Shown piece by piece: positions 53,115-64,000 of a DNA stretch of 64,000 bases (position 1 is the first letter of the stretch; the number at the start of each line of letters is the position of its first letter). A model generated the notes under the pieces. That model was not told the origin of the DNA, did no database searches, and worked only from the letters and a program-made list of their open reading frames with translations. This DNA is from Tubulanus polymorphus. Lineage: Eukaryota > Animalia > Nemertea. Location of the stretch: NCBI RefSeq assembly GCF_964204645.1, contig NC_134028.1, positions 4,526,001 to 4,590,000 of the forward strand, in the 5' to 3' direction. A program made the position numbers and the translations under genes.

Positions 53115-56100
53115 TTAAAGCAGACCGAGGTCTTCCTTCAGAACTCGAATGCGGGAACAGATCTCATCCCAGTCGATGAATATTCCTTCCAGATTGCGAA
53201 CACCGGAACTACCGACGTCATACTGCTGTCGACCGTGTAGAACTCTGAGATTGTCGAACACTATTATCTCTCCTGCAATTACATTCAACATTACATTTAT
53301 AACATATCAAGATGGTTCACTAGAAAGTTGTGATGGCAGATCGTCGAGTTTGTGATTTTCTAAACCTACATGAATGTATACAAATTTTCGATGTATTTTA
53401 GAAATGAAAATATTCTCGTTTTGTTTCTCTATATTATTGATTATCTTTCCTCTAGTAGCTATATCAAATCAGTTTGAAATTGAAAAACATGCAAAATTTA
53501 AGACGTAAGATGATAGCACATTGGACACCAAATTCATCCTCATGAACCAAGATATTGTATATTGTATCACCCCTTGATCACCAAGCGTAGCCAGGAGTCG
53601 ATATTGCTATCCCATAAATGAAAAATTCATGCAGAAGGTAGTAGTTTATGCACAAAATTCGATCAGACAGAATACTTTTTATGAGTAATAGTACGGATAC
53701 CTGGTTTGAGTGTGTGGTTAACAATATTCTGCGGGTCATACATTATGTTTTCGAGCAGTTTTAAGGCGTCGTAAAGCGGTTGAACGTCTTCGATTGGTAA
53801 ATTCAGATACGAGTCACGTGATTGGTTATTGAAGCAGACGCCTTTGACTTTGCCTTCGATATCCCGTCTGGAAATAATAACAAAAACCAAACTTACATTA
53901 TCAAAATCGTTAGATTATTCGTGGTTCAGATCATTTGAAACTTGTTAGAAAAATGTTAGTTTAACTTATCGTGACCCTGAAGTCATTTTATATCTTAATC
54001 TATATGATTGTTAAAACCTAGCTGTACATGTGTTTGATAACTGGCCTAGGTCGAGTTCTGGTACAATCCAAAAACAATGTCCTGATACCAGGACACCCCA
54101 ACAACACTTTAATGATACTCTGACTAATAATAACTTGATCCCAAAACGATCTATTCGTGTGACTTACACCTGCGAGCAATTATCTTAACTAAATTATATT
54201 TAGATAATTGCTCGTAGCTTACACGAAAGTTGTCCATCGCGCTATATTGTGGAATTTGTACACGTCGCTGCCTTTATCGTAAAAATCCAATATCTTTGTG
54301 CTCAGAAGTTCGTTTGCTTCCGGGTAATTTTCTTCGATGATTTTAGCTGCGTACGAGGCATCTGCAAATTGACTACTGCCCCCTACTGACGTGTTGTTCA
54401 CACAGTGTAGAAATTGTACCTGGAAAATTCAGACGGAAAGTTGTTTTTGAATGCTTGTATTCCCGTTTTATCACTCTCCATCGTCCCTCGCCTCTATATA
54501 TCCTCTTCCTTCCCTCCCTCTCCATAGATATTGAAATATTTGAACACTTTTTAGATGGCCATGGAATTACCCCTGGCACGTAGCTGCAATCGGCCAGATC
54601 GCAATGCAGTCCTAATGTAACACTGGTGTATGCTAGATTGCTGGGATTCACTTTACTTTTGACTCTGAACACATCACTGAAATATAAAACGACAATTCGC
54701 TTTAGATGTCAATTTTCTCTTCTGACAATAGATCAAAAGGACAATGACAATGTAAATTTCAGATTCTGCAGGGTTTATATAGAATTTGGTGAAAATGCTC
54801 AAGTGGAAACAATGTAGAATGATAAATAAGAATGACCGAAATGAAGAACTTCAATTTGAAAACAAAAGCAATAAGAAGTCTAATGAAAAATTCTTTCACC
54901 GCAAGTATTAAAAGATTCTGAAAATCTTAAAGTGTTGGTATATCAGATAATAACATGGTCCATACCCATAGTTAGTCCTTCTGCTGTAGCAAACTCTATC
55001 CGCTATTTTTTGCAAGTGTCCATAATCTTGTGGGGTATCTTTAATTAGTGTCAGACCGTATCGTTGCAGACCAGTTAACCAATTCAGAAAATGATTGTCG
55101 TCGTCTATAATCTAAAAACACGAATATATTTCATATGAAAAAAATCGACTAGGTTAATACACATTCGAATCGTAGGTATGAATGGTCAGTGGAACTCGTC
55201 ATAGTTTGGACTTTCATCATGTTGACAACATTATAGCAAACTGCATTAGACAAACATACAAATTGGGACTCAATCATATGGAGGTGATTTCAGAGATGCG
55301 ACGACTGATCCGTCGATGAATCTGACCGATTTTGAGCGTACTTGGTAAAAAGTTTTGTGAAATAAGGTCGACACCCACGAAATGACAAAAACAAATTCTG
55401 TAGTTAATAACCTATGAATTCCCGGTGCAATTTACTTGGGCCGAAATCAAATGGACCCGAAGTCAGGTCTATAAACTGGTGATTAGATTAAAATGATATG
55501 GATAAGAAGGTGAATAGGTACCTTTTTAAAATCATAAGTGGGAATGTTATCTTGTAGTTCGGCGTTCCAGAACTGGTGTTCTACTCCGTACATCGCGCGT
55601 CTCTTCTCTTTGGCTTCATCTGTGAATGCTCGCTGTAACAGCCATTTTGTGTCGTAGATACTCCTGTGTCCGTCTGGCCAGGTTATCTCTAAACCACCGT
55701 CTTCTGATACCTAATTAACATAAACCAAACTGATTGATTTAGCCTTGTTGTTCATTCATTCAGGATCCAGTTCCACAGCTGTAAAACACGACGTTGACTG
55801 CTGTGTGTAACTGAAATAAATACGGAAAATAATATGTCGAGAGTGGAATAACGTAAACAACCGGACCCAATCCTGTAGTTGTGAGTTTGATTCGACTATT
55901 CGTACATCGTTTGTTGCAAATCTGCTCAGTGTTACTATGTTTGGAAAGAATGTTTTAAGGCCTCCAGTTAGAGTACAGTTGAAATAAGTCAATTTTCATT
56001 CCTCAATTTCTAAATCGTCGCAGATTCGATCATCAAGAATCATAAACTTTTCATTTAAAGTTTCCTTTTAGTGGAATTAAGTATGAAATCAAACTAGGTT

Positions 56101-57190
56101 TACGTTCAATGTGTGAGTGAATAATAAAGGTGCGTGAGAAAACGGATACTCAAAGTATAACGGATAAGAGCCATATTGGACAAAGGTAAACGGTCAACGT
56201 GAGAGATTTTGAACACACGACGTGAGACACAAACACATGTCAAAGTCTAAAGTTTAGTTTGAGAAAACCCTTCACCAGAATTTCGACCGAACATAGAATG
56301 GTTTAATTACTGCATATATTATCAATCTAGATTACAAAATGTCGCGTTAGTTATTGATCTTAAAGCAGGGATAACTGTCCCTCTCATATTTGATTGGTAA
56401 ATTCAACTTGATTTGGTGTCCCTTATACGATGATGCATATCTCCCACATAGTAAACTGGTGGACGGAAACCTGTGGAATTACAGAATATATCACCGAAAA
56501 ATCATGTAGTTAATTAATGGGCGTACAATGTTAATCGACAATTCTGCGCCACTTGATTTTGAACATAATGTGGTCAGGACATCTCTTAGAAATCATAATA
56601 TTTTGAATTTCAATTATTCAAAATTATTTCATTTATACTGAGTAAACGTGTAACCTTCCTTCATCGTGGTTACTACGATTCTGTAATTACAGATCACAGA
56701 TCACAGATTTTCGGACCGTCAGACTTAACGAAAACTAATTTGATTATTTGAAGATGTTCAGATTAACCCTTTTCTTTCTTACCTCGACATCTTTCGGTTC
56801 AATTTTCGTATCCAAATTTGACATCAGAACCAACCTGGATTTCGTCGTCGGGTGAAAACATTTCAAACATTGACAGTTATCTCTGAGCCATACGTACGGG
56901 TAACTTGTCACTGAATCATCATTCCACGTCACATCCACCCATCTCTTACCATCGTTTCTATGCACGTCCACAACTCCTAAAACATCTTCTTTAACTTCCA
57001 TGGAATGCAGTAACCGGTGCTGCGACCCCTGATGTTGAGTCCCATGCTGTTTAAATGTTCGCGCGTTAATATTATTGGTGCAATAAGTTCCGACTCGACT
57101 AACAGCCAATGGAGCAAGTTCCTTTTTTAGTATTGAAAAAATTCTAGGAATTTTATTTTTTGAAACGTTCAATCGTTTCAGGGCAAACAT
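53115..57190 (-). CDS. BBOX1: Gamma-butyrobetaine dioxygenase-like, copy B, 7 exons
   Basis: Exons 57190-56783, 55710-55522, 55111-54966, 54676-54571, 54419-54223, 53867-53701, 53272-53115. Intact frame; a few substitutions relative to copy A (Y>H, R>K, V>I). Confidence 0.9.
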
Positions 57191-58468
57191 GGTCACGATG
57201 AGTGGAGCGCCTTTCTGGAAAATCTGTCCGTCGTAAGACGGATAACGCGAGACTGATTGACTGAGTGGCTGACTGACTGTCGCAGACCCCAGTAGACTTT
57301 GACCTACATACGCCTTCAAACTGATATTCAAACGGAAAAATACTAAGGTATTTTCCAAATTATGGCTAGAAATTCACAAACGGGTAAGTTTTCGCTAAAT
57401 GATTATTTAATCTTTATTTGCTTTTGTTACTGGTTCAGTTTATGTCTCGGATTAATAAGAAATATTTTGGATTTAGTTTTCAAGACAATAGTAAAAGGGA
57501 TAAGTTGTTTGGAAACCGAGACGACTCCGGGCTTGTTTCTTAACCAGGTTGAAAGAACATTAATTCTTGGGGCCTGGTGGGCGAATCAGCTAGGTCCCGA
57601 GGTTGGTCGTCGGCCCTCCCCAAATGTGGTGGCGTTGGTCACGAGAATAGTTCCTTGGAAACCAACTTTTGATAGTATACCGGGAGAACAACGGGGAAGA
57701 ACACACTCAAGAAATTAGGTAACAAAGATTTGTAAAAGGTGTCGATACGTAGGAAACACAACTAATAGAATAGTTGTGAGTATCTAGATTTCGGAATATA
57801 TACACATGAGTTGTTTATTTATTTTTGGTCTCGGGTCAAAATTCAATTTGTGCCGTTGTGCGGAGCTGAGGAAGGATACGCTCTCCCACGATATTTCGGT
57901 TCCTTCTTTGGATCGCATAACATTACGATCACGTGTTTACGATGACGTATAATTCATTTCTGTTCGAATACTTTACAATGATCAGATACAAATTGAAAAC
58001 GATATCTTCATTTCTTTTAATCACATTTATTTAGTGTATTTTTATGAGAAGCAGATGTTGTAAGTTAGAACATTCGTCGCGCATCATCGACGCTTTTGAA
58101 TGAGTCGAGTAGGAACCAAGGATTACGAAAGGAAGAAGCTATGATAATATTGGAAATGTACAAAACAACTCATCGGCATTAAGTTATATTCAAATCATTC
58201 GACGATACTTGTCAGTTCAATCGATCCAAATTGTTTTCAACTTCATAATCCGCTAAGCCATAACGATAGGAATACTTCTACTAGCCAGCGTAAATATGCA
58301 CCTGTGCTATATGAAGATCCCGCCATGAAAAAGTAGCATTTTCTAAGACGAGACCTTTTTCTTAAATATCACGTTATATTCATGCATCAGTTGATATAAT
58401 ACGATGATAAAATACCCACTACATACAGATTAACAGTTTTAAAATCGAGAATTTTTTCAATCAAAAAG

Positions 58469-58510
58469 ACACGCCGTTTCGAGCTCACCCTAGAGATCAG
58501 CGTCAGGTGT
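58469..58510 (-). ncRNA. Degenerate hammerhead-like motif
   Basis: Minus strand: acac-CTGACGC-t-gatctc..gagctc-GAAAC-GGC-gtgt. Perfect stem I; two core substitutions. Confidence 0.45.
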
Positions 58511-59439
58511 GAAAATCGAAAGTAATGTTTAAAAATTCATTAAACCTGTTTTGATCTTATTAACTGTTCTCCGCGTTTGAGTTTAGTTATTCTACTATAT
58601 AATAGGATTAATGCCCACAAAAGAAATAATGTTTTACTTAAAAAAGACGACTGTCATATAGTGACAAGTATACATTTTAATAAACGATAGATTGAATACG
58701 GAATTATTATTGATATAAAGACTGTACATTTTTATAACCAGCATCAGCAAATATAATACTCCTTGTACAATGCTATTTGTACATAGCTGTATTCTTCACA
58801 AGTAAAAACATTGCGCGATGCTTTTTTATTTTTGTACAATAGTTTTATTTGTATAAGAATGTATGTATTCAGTTTTAAAGAATGACACCATTTATGATAA
58901 TTCTTAATGCTAATCATTACACGCAGCTAGAATAAAATGATTTCGTAATATAACAATATCGTGAAGATCGACTAGGATCAGATTGACCTTCACGCGCTAG
59001 TGGTTCACTGAAGTTCACGCGTCGGTGGTAAGTATGAAGTATCTAAACAAGCATCACCCGTGGCGTCAGAGGATATCATCGGCGAATCTTAGGCCATTTT
59101 GGCCACATGATTAAGTTTTGAATAAAGCAATTTTGTGTGAAATGAAATAATCTCTTAAGACGAACAGAATCATTCTAAACGAAACGTCAGTTCAACTATT
59201 TTTTAAACCATGATCGAGCCAATAACTACTTGCTCGGCAGCTATAGATAAAAAAGATTAAATATTTGATTGCGATTTCCAAAACCACCCGGCCGATCAAA
59301 ACAAAGGTAACATTTTTAGCCTTATCTTCAACATTGTGGGACTTCCACATGCACTTCATAAACTGTGCCTTGTATCAATTGATTTCTACGGGTTGTATTT
59401 GTAGGTCTAGGTTTATTCGTGCAGTTATTGTGTTTATTT

Positions 59440-62400
59440 TTACGATGAATTTGTACGATTCAATTCGCTTTTCAGAACCCTGATACGAGACTGAACCTCA
59501 TCCCAATCGATGTAGATTCCTTCAAGATGTCGATGTCCGTCTGATCCGATGTCATACTCCTCTCTGCCGTGTAACACGCGAATATTATCAAAACAGATGA
59601 TATCACCTACAAAACAAATAAATTGACGGTTTTTAAATAAACGAAACAATTTAGCCAGGAACTGGAAATTCATTTTAGGGCGGGTAAATAGAATTAGCTA
59701 ATGATCAAAACTAGAATAATCAAATCTTCGATATACGCAGTGTAGACTGTGTATGTTCGTTGACGATATGACGAAACTTGGAAATATTAAAACAATTTTT
59801 ACAACAGAACTAAAAGCTCGAAAAAAGTTCCGAAAATTATCGCCAAGCGAAATGAACCGCAATCACCGCGTCCTTTTTTCGATGTTTACGATAAGCCGGG
59901 TCTGTCCGTGACCTTAGTGCGTGACCATAGAATTTGACATTCCGATATAAGTTACATAAATGGTAACAAAACATCGACTTGAAACTCAAGTTTATCTTCA
60001 GGTCGATGCGATTAATAACTCTTATCCGTCGTAGCTTTGGGACAATTGAACAGATAAAAAGAAACTGAACTTCGATTTCTACGATTAAGAAATCTGTAAA
60101 TGTAAACAGCGTGACGCCTATATTTCATGTCAATGTACCTGCTTTAAGTGTATGTTTCACGTGGTTGTTCGGGTCGTACATGATGTCATCGAATTTCCGC
60201 AGAGCTTCGTAAAGAGGTTGAACATCTTCGATTGGCAAATTCATAAACGTATCACGAACCTGATTGTTATAGCAGACGCCTTTCACGTTGCCTTCATTAT
60301 CACGTCTGAAATAGATGGAGGTAACGTTATGCATTTTGTTTGTTCCTAGTTAGTGTTTTCTATTCGTGGACTGACCTAGGGTATATAGTAAAGGCACGCA
60401 CTCGGGAAATTCCCCATAAAACATTTCTTGATGCAAATAGAGTTCCAGCTGAATACAGAGTTCACAATTATGACGTCCAGCTAAAAAGTAGGCTCGACTC
60501 AATTCTACGAGCCGTTTTCATAGCTTCAGTTTCAGTTTTGTGACTGGCTCATAGAATTGAGTCTAACGTCATTGTTCTTAATTTTGAATATATTGAATAT
60601 ATATGGCTCACAAAATCATCAGGTAGGATGACAGCGGTTACTTACACGAAATTTGGCCATCGCGCAACTTTGTGAAATGTGTAGGCGTCAGTACCGATAT
60701 CATAGTAGTCAACCAATCGGGTGCTGAGTATTTCGTACATCTCCGGATATTCGGTTTCCATGATTTTAGCGGCGTAAGACGCATCGGCGAAAACGTTACT
60801 ACCTCCAGTTGAGGAATTCACGACACAATGCAGAAATTGAAGCTGAAATATCATGTATTGATACGATTTATTTTAGTTCGTTAGATAGAGCTAAATTGCT
60901 TCCCTCTGGAAACATTTCAATGATTAAGTTGTCGATGATAAAATTCGCATTCCCGAGGCAGATTTATTTAAAATGAAGTCAAAGGTATTTTCTTCCACGT
61001 TTGATACTGAGACATTATTTAAACTGTTACCAGGTTTCGTCCACTTCGCAGCCATCATTATTATTATCATCAAGTGTCGATAATAATGTTGCTGATTTAT
61101 TAATACATATGATAACTGGTAGTTAATTAATAGATTTGTTATTTTTACCCCTGGTACATAGTAGTAAAATGGTAAATCACAGTGAAGTCCTAATTTCACG
61201 TTTGTATACGCCAGATTACTCGGGTCTGTTTTACTTTCTACTTGAAATGATTCCCTGCGGATATATAGAAATAAACCGGTAAATTCAAATGTGCTCAAAC
61301 AGATAATGTCCTCAAAGGCGTCCTTAGGCAGGTGGGGAAATAGGGATTGTTTCTGAATGAAAATTCATCGAAATATTTAATTGCTAATTCCCAAAATCTA
61401 ATATTCAAATACGTAGGGTGACCTTCGCTTTTCCTGCCCAAAAGTCGAGTACGATACCAAGGCCAGAAAAGACTTACGAACTGTCCTAGAACTAATTCTA
61501 CCGTCTTAAGTTCCTCAATCTGCCGTATCGGCAGCACGGGTGCAATGCGAACGCCACGGTACTTCGTTATTTTTCCATGTATTTTAATTCGACCTTGATC
61601 TTTAGGTAATTTTTTCCCGTTTTTATTCAAGGACATTTCATATCTTAGTAGAGTACTTTGTTCCCCCAGATCATCGGGAAGACGTAGAAAACTTTCATTA
61701 CTGGACAAGAGAAATGAACTATCGGCTTGGAGCGATTCTTTATTTTACCCGTAGTTTGTTCGTCGAGTGAAGCAGATTTGTTGCGCTATTTTCTCAAGTT
61801 CTCCTGTTCGTTGCGGTGCATTTCGTATAAGAGCAATTCCATGAAGTTCCATACCGAGCAACCAATCCAACAAATGATTCTCATCGGAGCAAATCTTAAT
61901 ATCAGAAAAAAACTTCTATCAACAGTGATGATTATAATTTAAGAGAAAATACTGCTGTGAGAAAAAACGAAAGGGTATTTTTGAATGATTACACATCGGT
62001 AACTACACTACTTCAGCCTTTCGTGCAGCCTACCGGCTTGTTGGTTCCCTCATATCAAAATTGTACTTATAACGTATAATATTGCATGTAGACAGTGGTC
62101 TATGCGGCGTCCCGGGTTCGAATCCTTGGTGATGAAATTTCTAAGGGTTGACTATTTTCAAATCGATACAAAATATGAGTTTAACTCTTTCGTGAGCGCT
62201 GCGTACATTTTGTACGACAAAATGTTGTATCTTTACTGTACGTATAAAGTCTTGCCTCAAGGATGATGACTTAATTGACGAAAACGTCCCTTATGTTATT
62301 ACAACTAGAACTGCACTTAAAGATGCCTGGCTACCGGCCAGCTCTCTTCACTTACAAATATCAAATAGTAACGTACATGTGAAGAGTTATGAAATATTAA

Positions 62401-64000
62401 TAGTTCATAATGAGTCTCGTATTTCTAGTTATTGGATTACGAGTGTTATATTCACTACACATGCAGTATATACCTTACTGAAATCATACGTAGGTATTTT
62501 ATCTTGAAGTTCGGCTCCCCAGAATTTATGTTTTTGGCCATAAACTTCGTTTCTTTTTCTTCTAGCGGCGTCGGTGAAAGCTCTTTCGTGCAGCCATTCA
62601 CTAGGATACGGACTTTCGTGACCGTCGGGCCAGGTCACCTTCAAACTGCCATCATCTATCACCTGCAATTAAACAATTTTGACATCAGGGCGGATCTAGG
62701 AAAATTAGAAGGGGTCCAGAAGAAAAGGCACTTCTCGTATAGCAGCCATGTCAATTGCCACCGGCGGGTTCCATCTATCTAGGGTTAGGTATCATTGAAG
62801 AAATAAACCCGAAGAGATCCTATTTCAAAGAGGATGAGGTGACAAATTTATGGGATGGTAAGGGTCCAGACTCCCGAGAACACCCCCATAATCTGCCCCT
62901 GGAACCATGACACTGTGTAGCTGAATCTGTAGGTTAGGGTTTAGTTTTAGTTTTAGTCGCTTACCCCCGACGATTTGGTGAGAAACTATGCTTTCACGGG
63001 AGGTTGAAGCATCTTAGGTAATTTCTCTGTAATGTCTTGTATTATGGTAACATGCCTTGTTTTCGGGTATGACTGGTTTTTCTCACGATTTTGGTACATA
63101 CACTAATCACATACGCAAACACGCGTAATTATCATTTTGAAGGTTTCAGTTAATACGTGTGATTTTCCCCTACTAAATACATGCATAATTATATTGCCTA
63201 AGTGCGTAGTTTAGCTGATCATGTGCGAGGTCGCGATAAAATAAGGTAATAGTACATAATGATAACACAATCAACGACGATATAATATATAATATAATAC
63301 TATGCATCCGATAAACTCGGTATATGCATGGAAAATCACCACACAAGATTGTTCAGATTTCCTTATGAGCGATTTTCCATTTCTCTGTCGAACACAGAAC
63401 GATTCTCGACTCGACTCCAGCCAAGCCCTGGAGGCAGTTGTGGGCTTCCTTGATACACAAAATATTCAAGTGGTCACCTTTCTTCCTATCGTTTCTTATG
63501 TTAGTACATATTGACAAATCAGTCGATATATCTAAACTTATTTGTGCCTCTCATCCCTATGTATGTGATTGCTACAGTCTCTTCTTACCTGGACTTGTTT
63601 CGGTTCGATTTTCGGATCGAGATCCATCATCAGAACCTGTCTGGATTTCGTCGTCGGATGAAAACATTTCGAACATTGACAGTTATCTCTGAGCCATACG
63701 TACGGGTAACTTGTCACTGAATCATCATTCCACGTCACATCCACCCATCTCTTACCGACGTTCTTCTGCACGTCAGTTGCCCGTAACGGTTCAGCAGCGA
63801 GCTCCGGGTCATTCCTGGCTCGTGAATGCGTCAGACGCAATGATCCTCTCGGTTTCACTTCAGTTGATGATCGTAGAAAACCGTTTACGCAGCCAAGCGC
63901 TCGCGAACTGAGGGACGCAGGTTTCGCAGAACAGAAAGCCCGACTATGAAGCAGGGTGGGCCTCTCATAGCGGCAAATATTTGAACAAACACGAAATAGT
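59440..64000 (-). CDS. BBOX1: Gamma-butyrobetaine dioxygenase-like, copy C (older paralogue); start codon beyond the window edge
   Basis: Exons >63999-63589, 62662-62474, 61894-61749, 61254-61149, 60842-60646, 60305-60139, 59606-59440, with the same intron positions as A/B. LGLHCDLPFYYYVPG, DNIRVLHGR, RHLEGIY. Confidence 0.92.
62686..62901. mobile_element. MITE-like insertion with CAGGG(G)CGGAT terminal inverted repeats in BBOX copy C intron 1
   Basis: cagggcggatct ... taatctgcccctg. Confidence 0.55.

Larger units (their letters stand above)
50134..57328. repeat. Tandem segmental duplication, unit 2
   Basis: Copy of 43070-49667 carrying an extra ~580 bp (55903-56484) in BBOX intron 1. Confidence 0.97.

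Noticed and set aside
62932-62957. Interstitial telomeric repeat
   Set aside because: Only one exact TTAGGG among degenerate units.

Overview
AT-rich, gene-dense animal genomic DNA with short spliceosomal introns (invertebrate, possibly lophotrochozoan; taxon is inference). In order: the last exon of an ETH-receptor/TRH-receptor-like GPCR (+); a 3-exon secreted WSC-like/PAN-like gene (+) preceded by a 40-bp minisatellite; a rhomboid protease (-); two tandem intronless GPCRs (-); CIAO3/NARFL (-) head-to-head with MLST8 (+), whose first coding intron is U12-type; BRI3 (-); an ankyrin-repeat gene (+); and three tandem gamma-butyrobetaine dioxygenase (BBOX1-like) genes (-). Two of the BBOX copies come from a recent ~7-kb tandem duplication that also left frameshifted ankyrin-gene exons. 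Non-coding highlights are a dispersed family of minimal hammerhead-ribozyme-like motifs (Penelope/retrozyme type), several MITEs, a decayed tRNA-like array, two probable gene-conversion signals, and a 38-bp hairpin insertion that rewires a GPCR start codon. Exon coordinates were read by eye from GT-AG sites and checked for reading-frame phase. No database searches were run.
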